In this document: piece after piece, positions 8,527 through 15,309 of the stretch
Layout: each line of letters begins with the position of its first letter
Position numbering within the stretch: the first letter of the stretch is position 1
Origin: Candidatus Methylomirabilis limnetica
Lineage (GTDB): Bacteria > Methylomirabilota > Methylomirabilia > Methylomirabilales > Methylomirabilaceae
Direction of reading: 5' to 3'
Assembly (NCBI RefSeq): GCF_003044035.1
Contig: NZ_NVQC01000017.1
Coordinates: forward strand, 90,001-122,000
DNA length: 32,000 nucleotides
Notes under the pieces: generated by a model
What the model was told of the DNA's origin: nothing
The model's database searches: none
Seen by the model: only the letters and a program-made list of their open reading frames with translations
Translations under genes and position numbers: made by a program

Positions 8527-8596
8527 TAAAACAAATAGAAAACAAATAGGGACAGACACTATTATTGTGACGAGTTGTGGTGTTTACGGTCATGAT

Positions 8597-8824
8597 CGTG
8601 CCTGCTACGGATTACCCAAACTTATTGTACCCGGCCACCCGTATCATGTGAGGCAACGAGTGAATGATCACCAGGCGGTCTTTCGGAACGACAGCGATTC
8701 GAAGGCACACGATGACAGGGCGGCCACTACGAAGAGACGGGTTCATCTGGGAGGTGCGCAGGAAACTGGACGAGTAGTACCCGTGCTGCAGAGGGGAAGG
8801 CCAAGAAAGGACCTCAATAAATAG
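8597..8824 (+). pseudogene. Remnant of a REP-associated tyrosine transposase (RAYT / IS200-like Y1 transposase)
   Basis: LPKLIVPGHPYHVRQRVNDHQAVFRNDSD matches the RAYT N-terminal motif (LPRLxxPGxPxHVxQRGNxRQxxFxxDxD), and the C-terminal tail is RGRPRK. Only about 75 codons remain where roughly 200 or more are typical, so the gene appears internally deleted. Confidence 0.5.
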
Positions 8825-9020
8825 TGCCTGTATGCGTGCCAGGAGAAGACGCTCCGGCCGGGGTGAGCATACCATCCTGACTGAATCCGCCGAACCGCCG
8901 TATACGTGATCCGTATGTGCGGGGGTGTGGAAGGAGAGGAGCAGTGAGGCTCCTCCCTATCCCGATTGGCTTTCCCAATCTCCGGTTTTGTCTTGCCGTG
9001 GGATGGAAAATCTGCAGAAT

Positions 9021-9037
9021 CTTACTGGTAAGATAAT
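9021..9037. promoter_or_regulatory. Candidate operator and -10 element of the AbrB-PIN module
   Basis: Inverted repeat CTTAC-tg-GTAAG overlaps GATAAT. GGGAGG RBS at about 9044-9049, ATG at 9056. Confidence 0.3.
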
Positions 9038-9055
9038 CCTATTGGGAGGTGAAAA

Positions 9056-9319
9056 ATGGCTGGTGTCGCAACAACGAAGATGTCATCCAGGGGTCAAGTC
9101 GTAATTCCCGAAGGCATCCGGAAAAGACTCGGATTTACAACCGGTTCGCAATTCGTCGTTATCGGGGAGGAGGACACCGTAATCTTAAAGGCGATATCTG
9201 CTCCTACGCTGGCAGATTTCGACGAGCTCGTGTCAGAAGCTCGAAGACAGGCCCGTCAAGCCGGAATGAAGAGATCCGATGTCGTTGCGGCCATCAGAGA
9301 AGCCCGAGGGGCAAAGTGA
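9056..9319 (+). CDS. AbrB/MazE/SpoVT-family antitoxin
   Basis: MSSRGQVVIPEGIRKRLGFTTGSQFVVIGEEDTVILK is a swapped-hairpin SpoVT/AbrB domain. Its stop overlaps the GTG start of the PIN gene (GTGA). Confidence 0.8.
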   Translation: MAGVATTKMSSRGQVVIPEGIRKRLGFTTGSQFVVIGEEDTVILKAISAPTLADFDELVSEARRQARQAGMKRSDVVAAIREARGAK

Positions 9320-9728
9320 GGATCGTCCTTGATACGAATGTCTCATCTCGGGCGTGTTCTTTTCAGGTCCACCCTTTCAAATCCTAAAGGCATGGCGAGA
9401 TCGTAGGATTCAGATCGCCCTCTCCGAGGAAATCCTTCAAGAATATCAACGAGTCGGGGAGACCTTGGCTGCGAGGCACCCAGGAGTACATCTGGGTTCT
9501 ATTCTAGATCTGCTCTCTGTAGAGGCCGACTTGTTTTCTTCCCCGGATTTACCAAATCCCGCTTGCGAAGACAGGACGGATGACAAGTTTTTTGCTTGTG
9601 CCTTGGCGGCTAGAGCAAGAATTGTGGTCAGTGGGGATAAGCACCTCTTGAAGGTGAACCACTATCGAGGTATTGAGGTGATAAGACCCCAGGAATTCGT
9701 GCATCGCTACCTAAAGGCGCAAAGCTAA
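9316..9728 (+). pseudogene. PIN-domain toxin (TIGR00305-like) disrupted by a 1-nt frameshift near 9343
   Basis: GTG 9316 gives VRIVLDTNV in frame 1. The conserved continuation ISGVFFSGPPFQILKAWRDRRI ... CEDRTDDKFFACALAARARIVVSGDKHLL is in the frame of track ORF 9354..9728, starting at 9345. One missing base between 9342 and 9345 would restore VLDTNV-x-ISG. Confidence 0.8.
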
Positions 9729-9857
9729 CTTCTGGCGATACCGCGACCCGGCAAAGCCACGTGCGTGACTGGCCGGCCCTCGCTGTGGCGGCCTCTAGCC
9801 GGTCACTCCGGCGGGCCCCTGGGTTATCCAGCATACTTATGGAACGATTTGTTAGGC
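9723..9857 (+). other. attC-like site
   Basis: AGCTAAC (9723-9729) contains the TAA stop of the PIN gene, and GTTAGGC lies at 9851-9857. Internal imperfect palindromes: ctggcgata with tatccag, and central gtgactggc with gccggtcac. There is about 17 nt of extra sequence next to the distal core. Confidence 0.4.
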
Positions 9858-10041
9858 ACATCCTCTTTGTGTGGCAAGCTTAAATGATCGCTGTCCCTAT
9901 TTACGCCTCTTGACAGGACCTCCATTTACTAGGAAGATGCACGCACAAGATGGTCGGCGCTCCGCTCCGCAGGTCGGACCAGACGGAACCAGATGGCCTG
10001 AGTCCAATGTGGACGGACGTCGTGCTCTGTCGGGAGACGGT

Positions 10042-11505
10042 ATGAATCTGGCTGGTTCGATATTGCATACTGCGTTTTCCCTCCTTTTAATCGTCAAACT
10101 GCGTCAGTACGCTGTCCTGCGCGCCGTCGCCGCGCTGGGGACAGCGGCCCTTGTGGTATCCACGCCCGCCATAGCCAAAACACCCAGCCAGGTCTTCGAG
10201 GAGGTCTCCGCCAGCGTGGTTGTGGTAGAGGTCTACGACGCGAAAGGGACACAGATCGGGCAAGGTAGTGGAGTGATCATTGCGCCAGGCGAGGTAGCGA
10301 CCAACTGCCATGTGACCAAGGATGCTCAACGCCTTCAGGTGCGCCACGGCCAGGTGCGGCATCCGGCTCAGGTGCGCTTGAGCGACGCAGACCGCGATCT
10401 CTGCCAGATCACCGCGGCAGGTCTCACGGCGCGGCCTGTGGCGATCGGCGCCACCAAAGCCCTCAAGGTGGGGAGCCGCGTCTATGCCGTGGGAGCGCCA
10501 AAGGGTCTGGAGCTCACCTTAAGCGAGGGGATCGTCTCGGGCCTCCGGGAGGTTTCTGGCGGCCGGTTCATCCAGACGACCGCTCCCATCTCTCCCGGGT
10601 CGAGCGGGGGTGGGCTGTTCGATGAAAACGCGGCACTCGTGGGGCTGACCACCTTCTACGTGAGCGAAGGCCAAAACCTCAATTTCGCCCTCCCGGTGGA
10701 GTGGCTGAGGGAACTTCACGCACGCCACACGGCCCAGACGCCGGCCAAGGATTCCACCGTGGGCTGGCTGGCCAAGGCGCTGGCATTGGATAGCCGGAAG
10801 GATTGGGAGGGGCTACGCGCGCACGCCCGGCAGTGGGTCAACGCCCAGCCTAAGAACGCGGTGGCGTGGTACACCCTGGGCTGGGCCTATGGCAAGCTCG
10901 GCCAGTCGGCCAAGGCCGTGGACGCCCACCAGCAGGCCATTCGCCTCAACCCCGAGTATGCCGACGCGTGGAACAACCTGGGCAGGGCCTATGGCAAGCT
11001 CGGCCAGCCGGCGAAGGCCGTGGACGCCTACCAGCAGGCCGTGCGCCTCAACCCCGAGTATGCCGACGCGTGGTCCAACCTGGGCTATGCCTATGGCAAG
11101 CTCGGCCAGTCGGCCAAGGCCGTGGACGCCTACCAGCAGGCCATTCGCCTCACCCCAGAGGATGCCGACGCGTGGCACAACATGGGCGTGGCCTATGGCG
11201 ATCTCGGCCAGTGGGCGAAGGCCGTGGACGCCCACCAGCAGGCCCTGCGGCTGAACCCCGAGCATGCCAACGCGTGGTCCAACCTGGGCTATGCCTATGG
11301 CAAGCTCGGCCAGTCGGCCAAGGCCGTGGACGCCTTACAGCAGGCCCTGCGGCTCAACCCAGAGAATGCCAACGCGTGGTACAACCTGGGCGTGGCCTAT
11401 GACGAGATGGGTCGCAGGGACCAGGTCATGGAGGTGTACCGGAAGCTTAAAGGGCTGGATGCGGCAAAGGCCGAAGAGTTTTTTCAGGAGGTGGTGCTTC
11501 CATAG
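10042..11505 (+). CDS. Secreted trypsin-like (S1) serine protease fused to a TPR array
   Basis: GGAG then ATG 10042, followed by a hydrophobic signal-like segment (AVAALGTAALVVSTPAIA). Catalytic triad context: TNCHV, DRDLC, PGSSGGG. Six to seven 34-aa TPR units follow (AWxNLGxAYGKLGQxAKAVDAxQQAxRLNPExAD). The track ORF begins at GTG 9871, so the start is uncertain. Confidence 0.85.
   Translation: MNLAGSILHTAFSLLLIVKLRQYAVLRAVAALGTAALVVSTPAIAKTPSQVFEEVSASVVVVEVYDAKGTQIGQGSGVIIAPGEVATNCHVTKDAQRLQVRHGQVRHPAQVRLSDADRDLCQITAAGLTARPVAIGATKALKVGSRVYAVGAPKGLELTLSEGIVSGLREVSGGRFIQTTAPISPGSSGGGLFDENAALVGLTTFYVSEGQNLNFALPVEWLRELHARHTAQTPAKDSTVGWLAKALALDSRKDWEGLRAHARQWVNAQPKNAVAWYTLGWAYGKLGQSAKAVDAHQQAIRLNPEYADAWNNLGRAYGKLGQPAKAVDAYQQAVRLNPEYADAWSNLGYAYGKLGQSAKAVDAYQQAIRLTPEDADAWHNMGVAYGDLGQWAKAVDAHQQALRLNPEHANAWSNLGYAYGKLGQSAKAVDALQQALRLNPENANAWYNLGVAYDEMGRRDQVMEVYRKLKGLDAAKAEEFFQEVVLP
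10864..11373 (+). repeat. Five near-identical tandem 102-bp units (TPR-coding)
   Basis: Direct reading: units start at residues A332, A366, A400, A434 and A468 of the track ORF. The DNA is largely conserved unit to unit and produces long spurious ORFs in other frames. Confidence 0.9.
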
Positions 11506-11507
11506 AT

Positions 11508-11703
11508 ACGCCCATACCCCATGACTCGTCGCGGGACAATCGAACTGAGCCCCGGCCTACCGTGCGCATGGCGATGTGCCCCCAGGCCACTGCGGCTGCG
11601 GGTTCAGCGGCGCCACCCCCCCCTTTGAGTCGTTTTAAGGCATATCATCTCAGCGCGGCGTGCCGGCGGGATACTATTTTTGAGGCAGAATACTCTGTTA
11701 GAA
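11508..11703 (+). other. Possible long, degenerate attC-like spacer
   Basis: ACGCCCAtAC lies 3 nt after the protease stop, and GTTAGAA (11697-11703) lies 11 nt before the lipoprotein ATG. There is a central hairpin (ctgagccccg with cgggttcag). The cores are imperfect. Confidence 0.25.
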
Positions 11704-11713
11704 GGAGAGTGAG

Positions 11714-12037
11714 ATGACACGTCCGTTCTTTACTGCTATCGCTTCTGCAGTCCTACTCCAAGGATGTGCCACATCTAGCGGAGTATTCCTAGCCGATGGA
11801 ACCAAGGGTTACAACATCAACTGTAGTGGGGCCTTTATGAATTACGCCCACTGCCTTGAGAAAGCCGGCGAAATTTGTGGCGCACGAGGCTACTTGGTCG
11901 TGAATCAACAGGGAGATGCCGTGCCATTGTCCGTGGCAGGTGGGGGATTTGGTGCAAACCCCCAAGCGGCCTCTGGGGGTTTCTATGCTCAGTCTGGCAC
12001 CATCGTCACTCGTAATCTGTTCACCAAGTGCAAGTAG
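11714..12037 (+). CDS. Small lipoprotein of unknown function
   Basis: GAAGGAG RBS. Signal peptide with lipobox (AVLLQGC-A). Gly-rich C-terminal half. Confidence 0.7.
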   Translation: MTRPFFTAIASAVLLQGCATSSGVFLADGTKGYNINCSGAFMNYAHCLEKAGEICGARGYLVVNQQGDAVPLSVAGGGFGANPQAASGGFYAQSGTIVTRNLFTKCK

Positions 12038-12061
12038 CTCCTTCTAGCATTGCGGTCGAGA

Positions 12062-12122
12062 ATGACGCTCCGCGAGCATCGCGTTGCCCGCTCGCACGCG
12101 CATCTCACCGCAGACGTTGGGC
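12062..12122 (+). other. attC-like site with a degenerate proximal core
   Basis: ATGACGC (12062-12068) pairs with GCGTCAT, which directly follows GTTGGGC (12116-12122). Inner stem gcgagc with gctcgc. The distal core plus GTCAT also occurs at 6706-6717 (GTTAGGCGTCAT). Confidence 0.35.
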
Positions 12123-12150
12123 GTCATAGACCTATGTATGGTGGCGTGAT

Positions 12151-13014
12151 ATGAAGAGAAAGATCCTGGAGGACGTGCTCTCTCAGTCTCCTAGTGATTC
12201 GTTGTACCACTACACCCAGCAGAGAGGATTCATGGGGATTGTTCAGAGTGCTGAGATATGGGCAACCCATACCCAGTACCTTAACGACCGAAGGGAATAC
12301 TTGCACGCCGTTGACATGGTTCGTGACCAGATCCAGATAAAGGCTATGCGGGCATTTGGTGATCCTAACCTCCGCTCGATTCTTCAAGACATGGAGAATG
12401 GCCTGGATGGCATCGAAGGCATGAACGTTTGTGTTTGCTCGTTTTCTGAGGAACGGGACTCCCTATCTCAGTGGCGCGCGTACGGTGGAGGTTCATCTGG
12501 TTTTTCGATCGGTTTCTCGGGTGATTTCCTTACCGAAGTCGCTGGCCAAGAAGGATGGTATCTCGCCCCCTGCATATATGACCCAAAGGCCCAGAGCGAT
12601 CTCGTCAGCGCTCTAGTGCAGGAGGTTATTGAGGAAAATGTTGCTCGGGAGAGCGCAGAAACAAAGGAGGAAGTCATGCTACCTCTCGGTGGTAACCTCA
12701 ACGCATACCTGCATCGGTACGCGCCAATCTTGAAGGACTACTCGTTTCGCGAAGAGAGGGAGTGGCGACTGATATCTCGCCCGCTGAGCTGCACATTTGA
12801 CGCATTCGACTTTCGCGAGGGCAGTTCAATGTTGACCCCTTACTACAGGCTTCGACTCGGCGCCGATCCTACGGCACTGAATATTCAGGAGGTGGTCGTG
12901 GGGCCTACGCCGCATCCAGATCAATCATCCAGGTCCACGCGAAGCTTTCTGGTACGCCACTCGCTGAAAACTGTTCCAGTAGTTGCGTCACAAGTTCCGT
13001 ATCGCAGTTGGTAG
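12151..13014 (+). CDS. DUF2971-family protein
   Basis: 287 aa. LYHYT, IWATHTQYLNDRREY (the fNDxxE motif), CVCSFSEERDSLSQWRAYG and REEREWRL fit the DUF2971 pattern. The gene looks less GC-rich than its surroundings. Confidence 0.7.
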   Translation: MKRKILEDVLSQSPSDSLYHYTQQRGFMGIVQSAEIWATHTQYLNDRREYLHAVDMVRDQIQIKAMRAFGDPNLRSILQDMENGLDGIEGMNVCVCSFSEERDSLSQWRAYGGGSSGFSIGFSGDFLTEVAGQEGWYLAPCIYDPKAQSDLVSALVQEVIEENVARESAETKEEVMLPLGGNLNAYLHRYAPILKDYSFREEREWRLISRPLSCTFDAFDFREGSSMLTPYYRLRLGADPTALNIQEVVVGPTPHPDQSSRSTRSFLVRHSLKTVPVVASQVPYRSW

Positions 13015-13056
13015 CAAACTCGCCCTGTATCCAGGAATGCACTCTCCCGCTAAGAC

Positions 13057-13123
13057 GCCCAACCCATCATTCCACCGGACATGCGCGAAAAGCCGCGCAG
13101 GCCGGTGAATTCAAACGTTGAGG
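13057..13123 (+). other. attC-like recombination site (best-formed in the window, 67 bp)
   Basis: GCCCAAC (13057-13063) ... GTTGAGG (13117-13123). The arm attccaccggacatgcgcg pairs with cgcgcaggccggtgaat around an aaaag loop, with two unpaired bases on the left arm. Confidence 0.6.
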
Positions 13124-13339
13124 TTGTAGAAAAACCTCCTCGTGAAGAGCGCTCGCAATAGGACGCGATATGAGCGACGATCGTCCGAAATCTGACGTCT
13201 TTTGCCCAACGTCGGCAGGAGCGTGGCCTCTCGCGGCTCAGAGAGAGCCGCAGGCTCGGTACCATTGGGCAGCAAGGAAAATTATGGTCTGTTGTTGAGG
13301 CCTCTAAAGACGCGTTCCCCGAGGTTTTTCTACAGCCTC
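13120..13339. repeat. 19-bp inverted repeat pair bracketing about 220 bp of ORF-less DNA (MITE-like or inverted cassette ends)
   Basis: GAGGTTGTAGAAAAACCTC (13120-13138) against GAGGTTTTTCTACAGCCTC (13321-13339) matches 18/19 as a reverse complement. Both copies are flanked on the outside by GTT. Confidence 0.55.
13204..13270 (+). other. Second attC-like hairpin
   Basis: TGCCCAAC pairs with ATTGGGCA. Inner stem gcct(ctc)gcggctc with gagccgc-aggc around an agaga loop. The distal core starts with A instead of G, and accattgggcag also occurs in an unrelated repeat at 22076. Confidence 0.4.
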
Positions 13340-13797
13340 GTTAGCAGGGCAAAGTTCCCTACCGATGGGCCGCCGCACGGAGCGAGGCCGGGCGAATGTG
13401 AAGCCTCGACGTCCAAACATTTGACGTAAGCACGAGGCTGTTCACTTAGGCTCTCCCACCGTTCACCCTTATCGAAGGGTAATTGTGGTTCGACAGGCTC
13501 ACCACGAACGGCTAGAGTAAATAGTATTGGACGTAAGTATGTAAGGAATGAGCGCCTTGCAAAGGCGGGAGAATCGCTGCAACCTTTGAACGTTTCTGTA
13601 GGCGCGATAGACTGACCAACCGCGTCATCTGGACTGTGGCTTCCCCATCAGCTTTCCGCACGGTGCTCATCTCCGCCGCCGTAACGGGTACGATCGACGT
13701 GCGGGAGGTGGGATGACGGCGAAGAGAGGGCTTGATCTCCAGTCATTAATGTTTTACTCTAGTCCCGTGAATAAGCGGGGGGTTCAGTATCGCTGCC

Positions 13798-14979
13798 GTG
13801 AATAAGCCGACGAACGTCTCTCGCCGGGCTCGCGCCGGTACCTACGTGACCGTCTCGACGGTCGGCGGCGAGCGCGTACGTGCCTTCGTGCCGGCGCCGC
13901 TTCCGCCGACGCCGCCGATCGAGATCGACGGGGCGCTCCGCCGTGCGCTCGACGAGGCTCTGGTCGCCTTGGGACGGCTTGATGGCGTCTCCGGTTTCCT
14001 GCCCGACCGCAATCTGCTTCTCTACTCCTTCGTCCGCAAGGAAGCCGTGCTGTCCTCGCAGATCGAGGGCACGCAGTCCTCGCTCTCCGACCTTCTACTC
14101 GCGGAGATCGACGAGGCTCCGGGCGTCCCCATAGACGATGTCAGCGAAGTCTCCAATTGCGTCGCCGCCATCGAGCACGGGGTACGCCGCTTGCGGGAGG
14201 ACTTCCCGCTCTCGAACCGGCTGCTCCGTGAGATGCACGAGATTATGTTGCGCCGCGGCAGGGGGGCGGAGAAGCAACCGGGCCACTTTCGTCACTCGCA
14301 GAACTGGATCGGTGGCACGAGGCCAGGCAATGCGGTCTTCGTCCCGCCTCCTCCCGATCGCGTCGAAGAGCTCATGGGCGCCCTCGAACGTTTTCTCCAC
14401 GACGAGCGGACCTCACCGCTCCTGAAAGCCGCGCTGGCCCACGTTCAGTTCGAGACCATTCACCCGTTTCTCGACGGCAACGGCAGGGTCGGACGGATAC
14501 TGATCACGCTCATCCTCGTCCACGGGGGCCTCCTGAGCGAGCCCATGCTCTATCTGAGCCTTTACTTCCGGCAGCACCGGCGGGAGTACTACGAGCGCCT
14601 AAGCGCGGTGAGGCTCGAAGACGACTGGGCTGGGTGGCTCCACTTCTTCGCCGAGGCCGTGAACGTGACGGCACGGTCGGCGCTCGACACGGCACAGCGA
14701 GTGACCGGCATGTTCGCGGCGGATCTTTCTCGCATTCACTCCTTGGGTCGGCGCGCGGCGGCTGCTGCGCAGGTGCACACGAGTCTGTCCAAACGGCCCC
14801 TCGCCTCGATTGCGAAGCTCAGGGAGCTGACCGGGATGTCCACCCCAGCGATCATCCGCGGGCTCGAAGCCCTGGCGGGGATCGGCATAGTGCGAGAGAT
14901 AACCGGCCGCAGACGAAGTCGCATCTTCGCCTACGATCAGTACCTGCGACTCCTCAACGAGGGGACTGAAACGCCATGA
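13798..14979 (+). CDS. Fic-family protein (AMPylase-type, class II auto-inhibited) with C-terminal winged-helix-like domain
   Basis: Canonical HPFLDGNGRVGR Fic motif, with an N-terminal inhibitory SSQIEG (SxxxEG) motif. GTG start. Confidence 0.9.
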   Translation: MNKPTNVSRRARAGTYVTVSTVGGERVRAFVPAPLPPTPPIEIDGALRRALDEALVALGRLDGVSGFLPDRNLLLYSFVRKEAVLSSQIEGTQSSLSDLLLAEIDEAPGVPIDDVSEVSNCVAAIEHGVRRLREDFPLSNRLLREMHEIMLRRGRGAEKQPGHFRHSQNWIGGTRPGNAVFVPPPPDRVEELMGALERFLHDERTSPLLKAALAHVQFETIHPFLDGNGRVGRILITLILVHGGLLSEPMLYLSLYFRQHRREYYERLSAVRLEDDWAGWLHFFAEAVNVTARSALDTAQRVTGMFAADLSRIHSLGRRAAAAAQVHTSLSKRPLASIAKLRELTGMSTPAIIRGLEALAGIGIVREITGRRRSRIFAYDQYLRLLNEGTETP

Positions 14980-15047
14980 CCCCGGAGATCTCCGAGCGTT
15001 CGCTTGAGGAGACAATCGAGTCGCGGATGTTTTACTGGCCGGGATAG
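14976..15047 (+). pseudogene. 23-codon stump of a gene once translationally coupled to fic
   Basis: ATGA overlap with the fic stop. MTPEISERSLEETIESRM resembles the SExxFEExIE N-termini of type I/III restriction helicase subunits, and the frame stops after 23 codons. This is speculative. Confidence 0.25.
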
Positions 15048-15100
15048 CTTTACAGTTAGGCCCACCGCACCTTACACTGGAGTTAAGGAGGAATACCTTG

Positions 15101-15232
15101 ATGGAAGCGCGCCGTTGGCTGATCACGTTGCTGGCAGTCGTGGCGATCTTTGTGCTGGGTGCGCGCGCTGTCTTGTCGTTAAGACGCTCTGAGGAGTCCC
15201 TGATTTTGCACAACCTGCGGCGCTCAAACTGA
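15101..15232 (+). CDS. 43-aa single-pass membrane peptide
   Basis: Strong AAGGAGG RBS about 8 nt upstream of the ATG. MEARRWLITLLAVVAIFVLGARAVLSLRRSEE has one hydrophobic helix. It is below the track size cut-off and lies 40 nt after the GTTAGGC core at 15055-15061. Confidence 0.35.
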   Translation: MEARRWLITLLAVVAIFVLGARAVLSLRRSEESLILHNLRRSN

Positions 15233-15309
15233 CATGCCTCAATGAAAGACCAGAGGCTCATTTATAATCGAGATTATACTGCTGACAGCGGCAAACAGAT
15301 AGGGGGACA

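Larger units (their letters stand above)
6620..15061 (+). mobile_element. Integron-type gene-cassette array without an integrase in the window (CALIN-like), partly degraded
   Basis: Co-oriented unrelated small units. RYYYAAC-type motifs lie at or just after stops (7187, 7580, 8507, 9723, 11508, 13057, 13204). GTTRRRY-type motifs lie 10-50 nt before the next start (6706, 7663, 9851, 11697, 12116, 13117, 15055). Imperfect palindromes lie between paired motifs. The content is rich in toxin-antitoxin modules. No tyrosine recombinase ORF is seen. Confidence 0.5.

Noticed and set aside
8426-8596. 5' part of track ORF 8426..8824 as a real coding region overlapping higA
   Set aside because: Only the segment from about 8597 shows transposase similarity. 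The upstream part overlaps the higA 3' end and the truncated attC-like site.
9871-10041. GTG 9871 as the start of the protease-TPR gene
   Set aside because: The extra 57 residues are non-hydrophobic filler starting 14 nt after the GTTAGGC core. ATG 10042 has a GGAG upstream and is followed by the signal-like segment. This is kept as an alternative and not excluded.
10864-11373. Regular tandem repeats as a possible CRISPR array
   Set aside because: The 102-bp units are contiguous with no unique spacers and lie in frame inside a coding sequence (TPR motifs). No cas genes are present.
10813-11524. Several long ORFs (150, 178, 121 and 86 aa) on both strands over the TPR region
   Set aside because: They are out-of-frame or antisense readings of the 102-bp tandem repeats. 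Their low-complexity Pro/Arg/Gly-rich products simply mirror the repeat period. The protease-TPR frame has real domain motifs.
13050-13429. ORFs 13050..13265 (-) and 13202..13429 (+) in the ORF-less spacer
   Set aside because: They overlap each other and run through the attC-like hairpins and the 19-bp inverted repeats. They have no RBS and no motifs.
14599-15261. 220-aa minus-strand ORF across the fic 3' end and downstream spacer
   Set aside because: It is antisense to the Fic gene, has no motifs, and crosses the putative cassette boundary at 15055.
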